A stretch of DNA of 64,000 nucleotides from Isurus oxyrinchus (Eukaryota), in the NCBI GenBank assembly GCA_026770705.1, contig JANJGN010000151.1:496001-560000 (forward strand), in the 5' to 3' direction. The notes beneath the pieces were generated by a model. It was not told the DNA's origin. It saw only the letters and a program-made list of their open reading frames with translations, and searched no databases. Below, piece after piece: positions 51,140 to 62,248 of the stretch. Position numbers and translations under genes: made by a program. Numbering within the stretch: position 1 is the stretch's first letter; each line of letters begins with the position of its first letter.

Positions 51140-52760
51140 ATATACAGTCAATGACAAGTGTACAGCCCGAGGGGTTTTACACAGTTAACCGGCCTTCGGC
51201 GCACTATACCTGAAAAGTTCTAGGCAGTGGCCTTTCCGCATTGCACCTTTGCAGCGACTGCCCCAAGCTTTAGTGGATCTCCCAGCACGTAGTCTTGGAC
51301 TTTGGTATTTGCCAGTGTGCAATGCTCGGCCGTGATCAATTCTTTGCACTAGGGGACCAGCAAGTTTCAGGCAGAAAAAAGAACCATTTTAACCGAGTTG
51401 AACATCTTTCAGCAGTAGTTGATATCTGTCGCTGTGCGTCCCTGGAAACTTCCCACAGAGCTTAGAGTCCTGCGTGACAGATCTGTTGGGGTGACTAACT
51501 CCACCGCATCCCCTTCTTTGCAAAGCCACATTCTAGAAGGAGTTGTTCCACTGTCTGTACACCACCGCAGCTGCTTTTGAGGCAGCGTGTGGTGGCACAG
51601 AGATTTAGGGCGTGCATGAAGGATCTGATGGGGAGGGCCTTTCTCACCACCACACAGCCACGGCCTTGGTGTTTGATTGAAAGTTCTGGTGCTGAGGTAT
51701 TTTCCCCAATGACTTTGACAATCTGCTCAAGGATCCATCCGACAAGGCCCAACATCTCCATCTACCTCAGGGCCGATAGGATGGAACGTGCTGACCGCTG
51801 TCTCATGGATTTGTGGTCAGTGAATGTTTTTTTCATACAAACCTTTCCCACCAGGGATGGATGAATGGACATAGAGCAACTACTTGGAGCGTTCTGAGGT
51901 ACAGTGGCCAGACTCATTCTTTGCAACACTGGGGACAGGTAGTGACTGCATTTAGTGACACTTGTTGTTCGCTTATTAAGGGTCTACACACAGCTTGATT
52001 CAGGCACACGTAAAGGCGGCCATCAGGATGAGGGTGATGTGAGGCACGTTTCCTTGCCTCCGCCCCACCCCACCCCCACCCCTATTCCAGAGCTTCGCAC
52101 ATGGTGTCCCTGTGGGCACGCTCCATCTTTGACCTCCAGATGAAGCAGAATATGACTTCGTGGACTGCTGCCATGCAGCATCTAGTTGCAGGGCTTACAT
52201 TATGTACAGCAACACCGAGGGCACTTCACACCTGATGAGCAGGTTGATACTCGCAATGGAGAGGCAGAGTCGCTCCCCCATGCCCAGTTCCCGCCTCACC
52301 TTAGCTATACGTCCTTCCCAGGCTCAGGCGCACGGTCCGGACTCTCACAACCATATCTCCAGGTAGTCTGACCTGACGATGAAGAGGGCAAAGGGTCTGT
52401 CGGCCCAAAAATCATGTACTAGCTCTTGCCACGATTCACCTTAGCTCTGAGGCCAGTTTAAACTGGGCGCACGTGTTCATGACTGACAGCGGGTCCGAGT
52501 ATAAGATAGTGACATTGTCTGTATACAGGGAGACGTTGACCTGTCCGCCTCCACTGCCTGAGATCAAACCCCTTAAACCTCCAACACCCCCCCGTCCGCC
52601 CCCACCCCCTCCCCCCCCCCTCCACAACCACCCCCCGTTCCGGCCATCCTTCCTGATTGGCTCAGTTTTATGCAAAATATGAAGAAGGCAGAGGAGAGAG
52701 GGCAGCCCTCTCTGATTTGATTCTTGATTTGATCGGAAACCTTTTCAGTTCTCACCTATT
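51140..52760 (-). mobile_element. L1/Tx1-like LINE ORF2 fragment
   Basis: IREGCPLS and SLYTDNVT RT-like motifs, plus a C-terminal Cys-rich knuckle (RCLKSSCGGVQTVEQLLLEC). Confidence 0.75.
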
Positions 52761-53639
52761 GACTGAAACCGTGCGACTGGTCTTTGTGTAGAATAGCTGT
52801 ATTTGATTGCGGATTCCACACCCAAACTACATTTTGGAGAACATAAGCGTCATCATTCCTGATAAACCAGCCAATCGTGTGCCTGAGAAATCCCTTCAGT
52901 ATCTCAGTAAGTGAAGCCTGATCCTGATCTGAGTTACACTTTAATATCAGAATGAACAACATATTTGGAACATTCTCTGACTTTCTGTCGAACTCCAAAC
53001 CAGAAACCTTGTTCTCCCTATGTTCCCTTACTACTGATAATAACGGTCTTCCTACTCTTTCAGTGTATGCTTAAATAATGGGTCTCGCTTCCATAAATAA
53101 TGTTGCTCAGACTTTCGAAACTTTCTGCATTTGTCTTACATGAATGAGTGCCGTGTCCGTCTGAATTGACATTCTGGAAGGACAGTGCATAGCATTGAAC
53201 TGGAGAGTTTCATTCCCTCCATCGGCTTGGTCTCTAAACATGCAAACACTCCCTTATCAGGATGATAGCCCAGCTTGTGGTCAGCAGCCAGCTCACCACC
53301 ATCACTGTATACACAAGGAAGCGACCTGAGAGAGTCCTGAGACACGGCAGCAGAGTATTGAGGATTAGAACTACTGTCCTCAAATATGCTTCTTTGCAGA
53401 TTCAGTCGGATTGGAATCTGCAGTTTGTTTTCTCGGCCGCTAGGAAACTGTTGGGTGACAGTTTGATCCGAGGTGAATGTGGTTTCCTCTCGGTTTGTGT
53501 TTGAATGGCCGATAGCATCGCTGAACATTGTGGCTGCATCTGCCCGAGATTCTACACATAAGCCCAAATGGACAGGAGTTCCGAGTCACAGTTCAAAGAC
53601 AGTTTGCGCACAGGGGTGAGACTGTTTTCCATCACTGTG

Positions 53640-54194
53640 AGTGTGAGAGTGCAGCAATACACGGCAGTGTCAGTCAGCTGCAGACCCGAGATGGTTCAAC
53701 TGGTGAATTTCGTGGAGGACTGGAACTCGACTGGGAAACGGATTTGGGCAAAATTTGTTTTTTCTTCATAACCGCTCGTGGATTTCAGCAATAAAAACCC
53801 GAGCTGGGGTGTCTAGATGTAGCCTATATCAGTATAGCCAAGAGCTGTTTTTTGTCGTATGATAGCTACAGCTTAAAGTCACCACTTCGCCTTTTGCCTG
53901 AGCATCTGAGGGCAGCGGCTCTTACAAAATCTCCATAGTTCTGAACATGTTGAAACAGAAAATAAATCAGACCAGCGGGTGTTTAACATTTAAAGGATGT
54001 GCGGAAAATGTGAAAGATGAAGATGAAATGTGTGTGGTCCTCGATTACCTGTCAGTAATGCCCCCCACAGAACCCAGAGGCTGAGTTGCCGCATTGTCGC
54101 TGTCTGCTCTGTAAAAGGGGAGTTGAATATTTGAAGACACCTGTTCTAAACCCCTTCATCATTAATATGCTGTCGTGTCTCAGGGTGTTCTCAC
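53640..54194 (-). pseudogene. TRAV/DV-like pseudogene, family E (most complete copy)
   Basis: UTR intron 54109-54194, leader MRQLSLWVLWGALLT 54094-54049. V exon ~53940-53640 has Trp>TGA, frameshifts and DTAVYCC. RSS CACAGTG-23-GCGCAAACT at 53601-53639. Confidence 0.87.
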
Positions 54195-54599
54195 CTCACT
54201 TCCTTATGTCCTCAGTGGTGCTGTGAGAGCGGTAGTTGGTGAGCTGGTCCTCAGTGAATGTAAACACACCGAACTGGACAATGGTCAGTGCCTTTATAGG
54301 GGGAATGGCTCAGCTTTGGAAGCCGAGGGTGGTGTTCTGGTTGTCAGTGTATTTAAATGCTCAAAGCTGGACGATATTTAGTGTGCTCATAGGGGGAATG
54401 TTTCAGATTTAGCTACCGATGTAACAGTGGCTGATTATTGTAACTGGAAAATTCAAGGCTGACCTGACCAGAAGGAGAGTCAGAACAGTGACTCCGCTGA
54501 GATTTCCCTCAAGTGTCAGTTAACTATTGAGCTAAGAACGATTCTGTGTTTTGTCTCAGTGATTTATAACGGTGATATCTGTTGTTACTGAACAAGTAC

Positions 54600-54963
54600 T
54601 TGAGCAAACCTAGAGGAATTAACATAGAGCAATTCAGCAAGGCTCCTTCGACCGCACCTTCCAAACCCACGACCATTACCATCTAGAAGGACAAGGCAGC
54701 AGATAGATGAGAGTACCACCATCTGGAAGTTTCCCTCCGAGTCACTCACCATCCTAACATGAAAATATATCACCGTTCCTTCACTGCCGCTGGATGAAAA
54801 TCTTGGAACTTCTTTCCTTACAGCACTCTGGATGTACCTACACCACCTGGAGTACAGCAGTTCAAGAAGCAGCTCACCATCACTTTCTCAATGGCAAGTA
54901 TGGATGGGCAATAAATGCTGGCCGAGCCAGCGAAGTCCACACCCCGTGAATGAGTAAAAGAAA
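54600..54963 (+). mobile_element. CR1/L2-group LINE 3' end
   Basis: Homologous to 32810-33120; ends in an A-rich tail. Confidence 0.8.
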
Positions 54964-56334
54964 AGCTCTCCCTATAATTTAAACAACATTTCGAGCACTG
55001 ACCCCTGCTGCAGTTTATACTTAAAACTTTGTTAGAAACTCAGTGGTGGATTCTGCCTCTCTGTACAAGTAAGGATATATTTAAAAACCCATAACCTCCA
55101 GAACCTTCGGATTTGTAAATGAGATTGCGTCGCATCGACTCTCTGCATCCAGTTACTGAAGGCAGAACACTCCGAGCGGGTCCAAAGCTCCCAGGGTGAG
55201 ATGCAGGCTGAATACTCATTAACAAGAACTAACACCCATAGTGCATGAAAAACTGTCCTTACAACTCTCGTTCAGGTTAGAAGAAGATGTGGTGCAGGGA
55301 GAAGCAAAATAAAAGGGGTTTGAATTGTCTTTCGCTCCTTTATCATCGATCCCCACCCTCGATACAATGAATGGCTTCAGAAAACACAGCTCATCACATA
55401 TGTTCGTCATATTTTAGTATCTTTCCCCATCTTCAGAAATATCATCTCAGGGTGTATTCATCATTTATATTTTAATATTCCTTTCCCCATCTTCCAGACC
55501 TTTCATTCACTTGCCTTGCCCAGTGATTAGTATCAGATTTTAATCCTTCGACATCGCTTTCTGAGGATCATTAAGGAAAAGCTGCTGTGGGGATAGAAAC
55601 AGATGTAGATTGCTGACTGTGATTGATATACTTTCAAAATACATTGAGAATTAAAATTGGGGTATCCGGCCCTCACCATGGACCTCTGTTAATGCAGGGC
55701 AAACATGCAAAACTTTCAATAGCTTCATTTTCCAACCCAGTCTCCCAGAATAGCCACATGAAGATAAAATGAATGACCCAATTGGATACATCATATTTCA
55801 TGACAGTGATTAGAATCATAAAATTATGGCATGGGTACAGCACAGAGGAAGGCCATTCATCGCATCTTATCCGTGCCGGCCCTCTGTGAGAGTAGCTAAG
55901 CCAGAATCAGCATCTGTCCCCCATGACCTGCAAATCATTTACGAAATTCCAGCAAGATCAGTTCTCTGGAAAATCTTTTCTTATCATTGATCGATTCACT
56001 TTTTGATCTCTTAATTTTCTGGAGAATGGCTAACGCGGCAGCCTCTTATCTGTTTGTTCTCCGGCATCTAACCAGGTGGCTGACGTGTTCCTCAACAACA
56101 CGTCCGATATTCGGGCTGGTTGCAGTTTGCAAACGTCAAAAGCAATTGGTGACAATTCACTTTGGTGGCCCAGTCAAGTCTTCACAATCTGCCCGAAACC
56201 AACCTTCACCCACTGCGGCTCTGTGTTCAAATTTGTCCAGACAAAGTGGATCCAGACCTATTTTTCCGGTGGAAGGTCATTGGATTGAGCAGTGAGTCAG
56301 AAAGTTTACCTTTTCAGGCACTTGGGACTACCGA

Positions 56335-57070
56335 ACTGGAGAGGATGCAAAGGAGATTTACCAGGATTTTGCCTGGGATGAAATATTTAAGTTATGAAGA
56401 GAGGTTGGATAGACTTGGGTTGTTTTCGTTGGAGCAGAGAAGACTGAGGGGCGACTGGATCGAGATGTTCAAGATTATGAGGGGCATGGACAGGGTGGAT
56501 AGGGAGGAGCTGTTCCCCTTAGTTGAAGGGTCAGTCACAAGGGGGCATAAGTTCAAAGTGAGGGGCTGGAGGTTTAGGGGGGATGTGAGGAATTTTTTTT
56601 TTTTTTTACCCAGAGGGTGGTGACGTCTGGAATGCACTCCTTGGGAGGGTGGTGAACGCGGGTTGTCTCACATACTTTAACAAGAGTAGTAGTTGTCAGG
56701 AATTCGCTGCCCAAGTTGGTAGTAGACGCAGAAACTTTAAACCCTTTTAAAAAGTACCTGCAACTGCACCTAAAGCGCTGTAAGCTGCAGGGCTATGGGC
56801 GGGGTGCAAAAAGGTGTGATTAGAAAGGGCACCTGGGTGTCCTCGGGCTAGCATGGACAAGATGGGCCGAATGACCTCCTTCTGTGCTGTAATTTTTCTC
56901 TGGTTTTATGGTTCTAAATACCTGGATGAGCGCTTGGCACGGCATAACATACAAGGCTATGGGCGAAATACTGGTAAATGGGATTAGCTAGGTTGGTCAG
57001 GTTTTTCTCGGTGTTGGTGCAGAATCGATGGGCCGAAGGGCCTCTTCTGCACTCTGTGATTCTGTGATTT
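56335..57070 (+). mobile_element. CR1 LINE 3' fragments (two tails)
   Basis: LERMQRRFTRILPG...RRLRGDWIEMFKIM; tails at ~56900 and ~57060. Confidence 0.9.
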
Positions 57071-58431
57071 TGTGAATTCAAGGGAGACGTCAGCATTATC
57101 GCTGCCAGTAAACGGATTCTCTCAGCCAAGGGGGGGGGGGGGGGGGGGGGGGGTGGGGGTTGTGGGGAGGTGGAGGGGGAGGCAGGTGGCGGCGGTGTTG
57201 GGGTTGGGGGAGGTGATGAATACAAACAAGTAAAGCAGCTGAAACAAAATGTAGAATTTCCTTAAGCATTGAACACCAGCAAGGTAAAATGGAAACCACA
57301 TAGACCTGTTGGTGTTGCTATAATAACTGCAGATGAATGTGAAAGAGATCCGGGAGTCCACGGGGCTCCAATTTACAGGGAATGCTGTCGAGAACACCTT
57401 GGATACTGACAGGAAAGGATACCTTTTCATGCTATCTTGACATTGGCAGGGCCAAAAGGATATCACATCTGTCGTCGCTGCTTAATTGCAGCCTTTGCCT
57501 GTACAGCACATGGACAAAACAAGCTTGTGGACGTTGCTTCTATAATAATATGCCCATTGAAAATGATGTAGCTCCACCTCTCTATGAGAACCATGTTAGC
57601 CCCAGGTTCGCGAAATGAACTCCAATATTATTATTTAACTGCAAATGCCTTCACCATTGATCTCGGATTGAAGTGTGCGGGTGAAAACAGACTTTGGATG
57701 ACAGAAAAATCCCAACCCAATCGGAATTGTAATTCCTAATGGCAAATGTATTTAATTTCAAACTTTCAAGTTGAGTAGCTGGCTTATTTGTAATCAAGTA
57801 AACTATGAAATTATTGGCATTAGCAAAGATAGAATATTATGAGTTCAAATCGAAGGGCTGAAGTATTTTTTTTTTCGTTAATTTAGATGAAAGCAAATGC
57901 CAGTCAGCATTCTTTGGGGCAATATGGCCAGTGGCAGACACAACGAATCGGCACCGCCACCTGCTGGCCTGGTTTAAATGAACACCTTTGGGAGGATCTC
58001 GGAGATCATTGTTCACTATTTGTGTTCTCTCTGTTTTCATTATTCGGTCTGATTCAGGATGACGAGGCGAACACCCCTCCCACTTTCAACCAAGGCTGAG
58101 CAAGAACCTCCCTCACAGTTAACACTGTGAGGTGGAGTCCCAGAAGGCTGCTTCTAGCGGGCACAGTGTTCTGGTGTTCGTTAAGATTGATGCACAACAG
58201 CACTGACTTCTCCAGAAGCAGCTACCCTGGCCTGGATCTGCCGACAGTTAATTTACCCAAGTTGATAGGACACGAAATGGTGGCAATTCTGGATTTCACA
58301 CTCTATCGTCTATGTGAGTGTGGCACACATCATTAAGTGCCTATAATATCACAAATATTGTAATACATATAGTCTAACAGTATATTATAATATTATATTA
58401 TATATTATGTTGTACAGTATAATATATATTA

Positions 58432-58685
58432 TTCGTTTATGGGATGTAGGCGTCGCTGTCTAGGCCACCAGTTATTGCCCATCCCTCCCTAATTGACCTT
58501 GATGAAAGGGCATTTGAGAGTCAACCACATTGCTGTGGGACCAGAGTCACATGTAGGTCAGGCCAAATAAGGATGGCAGGTTTCCTGCCCTAAAGGGCAT
58601 AAATGAACCAGATGCTTTTGAAGACAACCGACAGTCGTTTCATGGACATATTCCCAGATTTGTATTGAATTCAAATTTCACTATT
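58432..58685 (-). mobile_element. DeuSINE-like SINE in V intron
   Basis: Homologous to 37140-37410. Confidence 0.7.
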
Positions 58686-58716
58686 TGCCTGTTTTCGAAA
58701 TATATGTATGTGTGTA

Positions 58717-58718
<2 letters not shown>

Positions 58719-58782
<64 letters not shown>
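58719..58782. repeat. (TG)n microsatellite
   Basis: Perfect dinucleotide run. Confidence 0.98.
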
Positions 58783-58786
<4 letters not shown>

Positions 58787-59413
58787 ACTATAATTATGCT
58801 ATATTCTGTTGGATTGCATTTTCCAGTATTCTATCATCTTGTATTTTGTTATTTTGTATTTTATTATTGTATGTTATATGGAATTGCGCTATTTTTTTTT
58901 TACAAATTATGTACATTATATCTCATGCAACTGGCAGTAATGGAGTATGACAGTCAGCGGTTGTTGCAGAAGGAGACATTGCATCATTGATCTGTTTTAC
59001 CAAAGTAGCAGGACGGATCAGACGATATCCGGACAGAACAATGCAGCACCTGGTGAGAAGTACCAGCAATCGGAGCAAGATCAAGGCTTGGCCCAATTTA
59101 GCGTAGTGAAGTACTTAGAACGTTGGCGACGCTCGAGTGACAGATGCTGTTTCTGTTTCTTTGAGGCACAATGTGTCACCTCGCAGTAAGGATCATAGAA
59201 AAGCCTCCTGAGGGAGGGGGGGGTGACAGTTTGTAGCCTGTGCCCTTATCAAAGAGCTGGGAGTTTGATAACAATCTCCCCGGAAAAGGGCCCTCCGTCT
59301 CCCAATAAGTGAATCCTGCCCTGATGATTGCTCACGCTACAAAATCAGACCAGAAGGGTCAACATCCATTTAGCATTAATTTATTTCCTGTCAAAATAGA
59401 TATCAAACACCAT

Positions 59414-59830
59414 ATGTTCCATACGTTCCTTTCTGAACTTCTGTGTGGTGGGCCTATGTTTAAATAATCATTGGGTATTTCATGTTTAAGTCCGGTTCTA
59501 GACTTTGGCACATTCTGTGCTTTGTTACAGGCACGAGGGAATGGGAGAGATTAAGAGTCCCTGGATCCTTCTGGGTTAACGGTCTGGAAAAAAGGTAGTA
59601 ACGTTAGGTTGCAGTTTCTACATGTCTGATAACTTTCTCTCGCTCTGTTGGTGCATTAATATTCCGGGTGAGCACAGAGATATTTTCTGAGGAGATGTAA
59701 CTCGAGGCATTGAGTTAGTTCTGAATATTTCCATACAGGTTCTCTGTTTCCCTGGACAATGACCAAAAGAGTAATGCAACTGTTTGAGAGACAAACCTGC
59801 CAATCTTTCTCCTAGGCTTTGTTGGGATCA
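59414..59830 (+). pseudogene. Decayed family A-related V pseudogene
   Basis: Inverted paralog of 31510-31932; acceptor at 59529-59530. Confidence 0.65.
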
Positions 59831-59927
59831 AAGTTCCCGCCGGTAAAAGTGCGGAAGCGTACTTAATGGTCTTGTAAATAGTTGCTGAGGTTTTTGTACA
59901 GCGTCGTGGCTGTTATCTGGCGCTGTG

Positions 59928-60409
59928 CCTCACTACACAGTAATAGACCGCGCTGTCCTCCTCCACACTCAGTCGGCTTATATTGAGGTAACCAGACCTT
60001 GTAGACCTGTCAGCAGCCGCCCGATATTGCCCTCAGATTTTGTCTTCTTTCAGCACTACTGTCCTGCTGATTATCCAGCCTGGAGTCTGTGCAGGCTTCT
60101 GCCGATGCCATTGCATATACTCAATATCCAGGGTTTTATATTCACAATGTAACTGCACAGAACCCCCAGCTAACGCGGTTGTTGTCAGTGGAGACTGAGT
60201 CACTGGATCTGCAAATAGTCCGCCTGTGGAGTTAGAGGTACAAAAAAGCACAAGGTTCAATCTAAACCTGCATCTATCTGTTAGTGCAAATTCCCACCTA
60301 TCAAGATGTCTAATCGCATTACATCCTATTGCAAACTCTTTGCATCAATCTGCTAACTTGCCTTGATGAACACAGTCCAGTACTTACTATCTAGTATCAT
60401 CAGGAACAT
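59928..60409 (-). pseudogene. Family D V pseudogene (near intact)
   Basis: Shortened leader MFLMILD 60409-60388. V exon 60223-59928 has a single TGA at 60033-60035, then DSAVYYCVVR. RSS CACAGCG-23-ACAAAAACC at 59889-59927. Confidence 0.9.
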
Positions 60410-60610
60410 GTCTGAGTGAATCTCTCTCCGTGAATGTGAATGGAATGAGTCAGAGAGTGAGAAGAAGATAGGAAACCTGGGCTCTGTTTAACTCATTGTT
60501 CCACCCACACACTGCTGGGGGCTAGGCCCATCGTGACCTCACTCAGGCTACCATCCTTATTGGCTCTGGTGTTGGTCACGCGTGACTTTCTAATCAACAT
60601 GTATAAACCT

Positions 60611-60625
60611 GGCGCCATCTGCTGG
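60611..60625 (-). promoter_or_regulatory. CTCF motif CCAGCAGATGGCGCC upstream of family D V
   Basis: Close match to the CTCF core; positional paralog of 30461-30479. Confidence 0.7.
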
Positions 60626-61657
60626 TAGATTCTGTTCAATTTGGTTGGGAATAGGGCCTTTGGGTGGCTGTGGAATTCATTGGTATACATATTAAAACAA
60701 GCATGCCAGATATTGTTTCCAAGGAATTGAAACTGGAGCTTATCAGACTCAGGGTTTCTTTTGTGTTTATGCCAGAGAATAATGCATTTCTTTCTATATT
60801 ACTGTTTGAAAATCAAGGAAAAACTATTTAGATAGGATGATATTATATAAGATATTACACATTAGAAGTAATGCACGAGGCAGGTACTAAGTGTGGCGGC
60901 CTTAAATGTAAACAGACGAGGAAAACTGGCGTTATTCTTTTATGAAAGGATTTAAAGGAGATACTTAATTGAAGTAGTCAAAATGATAAGAGATCTGATG
61001 TAATAAATCGTGCATTATTGTATCCAGTGGCAGAAAATTCGATAACGCATACACCCCATTTTCAGAGAAGAAAATGTAAGAAAAAATAAGCAAAAAGTTG
61101 AAATTCACTCATTACACTGTGTTGAAACCTAAAATACACGACCTAAAGGATGGAAGAAGAACATTCAATCTTAACCTTCAAAAAGAAATTGTTTGCAAGT
61201 TGAAAATGAGAAAACTTGCCCCTCATGCTGAAACTGCAGGAGTTGAAAGGAGGTTTTGATAACTCTTCCAAACAGACACAGGGATGGTATGGCAAGTAAT
61301 CTAATTCAGTGGTTTAAAATTATATGATTCAAGTTTCTTCATGCCTCTTCTGCTCTATTTGCTCTCTGTCACTTGAACAGTGAGCAGCTGCAGGATTGTC
61401 ACAAACTTGTGAAATTTCAACCGTCGCTATTTCCGCTCCCTCAGTTCAGAGAGCAGCTGAGAGTTATCGCGCACTTCACTTAATATTGAGTCTGCGGTAT
61501 CCCCGCCCACAGTTGGTCAGTCTCTGACCCGATTATGTTATTGGAACGATTGCTGGCGCTGGTTCATTCTTCTCATTGTTTGGCTGGGCACTGCAGTGGG
61601 GCGGGGGTCTGTATTTCTGCTTTGACACAGGATTCTTTGCATGTAAGTTACAGACTC

Positions 61658-62175
61658 ATGACGTATCAAGGGGAACAATTTCACTCCGCTTTTCATTGTT
61701 ATATCATTTCTCAGCAAGCATCTCCTTCCCAGTAAACTCCACTGTCCTCCTGATTGCTGTGACCCAGATGTCACTGTTGTTAAAATAATAGTGATGGCGG
61801 TGATGATGATTATGTTGACCGACACGAAGCTGATGCTGACTATTGTTTTTACTTTTCTTTAATGTTAGAATGGGACAACAAAGGCACAGTAGAACAGCCG
61901 GTTCATGAAATACTGGATGAAGAGGAAATTAATGCTGCACAAACTTGCATTTTTAAAGCAAGCAATCGCAGCTTTTATGTGTAGTGGCACAGTGAGCATC
62001 CCAGGCAGCCTCCAGAGTGGAAGCTTCATCATGTTCGAAAGAATGTGTACAGGAGCGCCAATATCAATCATTGGTTTTCTTCTTCGCTTAATTAGAAATG
62101 CCAAGATCGTTGATCTAACGATCGGCAACACATTGATTTCCCACTCTGCCGTGTATTTCTGTGCCATGAGCCAAA
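61658..62175 (+). pseudogene. TRAV/DV-like pseudogene, family B
   Basis: V exon from 61869 with TAG before WHS, a frameshift in FR3 and SAVYFCAMS. RSS CACTGCT-22-ACAAAAACT at 62176-62213. Confidence 0.87.
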
Positions 62176-62235
62176 CACTGCTACAGAGGGATCGTGGAAC
62201 GAAGACAAAAACTCACAGTTTTTTCAATTACCGCT

Positions 62236-62248
62236 CAGCAGAGGGCGC
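62236..62248 (+). promoter_or_regulatory. CTCF-like motif downstream of RSS
   Basis: CAGCAGAGGGCGC, 22 bp beyond the nonamer. Confidence 0.7.

Larger units (their letters stand above)
58277..59166 (+). pseudogene. Family C V pseudogene
   Basis: Truncated leader MVAILDFTLYRL with GTGAGT donor. Decayed V exon ~58935-59166 is homologous to 24371-24634. RSS CACAATG-23-AGAAAAGCC. Confidence 0.75.

Noticed and set aside
55030-55300. Possible decayed V on minus strand (paralogous to ~44950-45060)
   Set aside because: Only vague FR3-like residues and a CACTGAG without a proper nonamer.
61988-61994. Embedded CACAGTG in FR2 of a pseudogene
   Set aside because: Arises from TAC>CAC; no nonamer at 12 or 23 bp.
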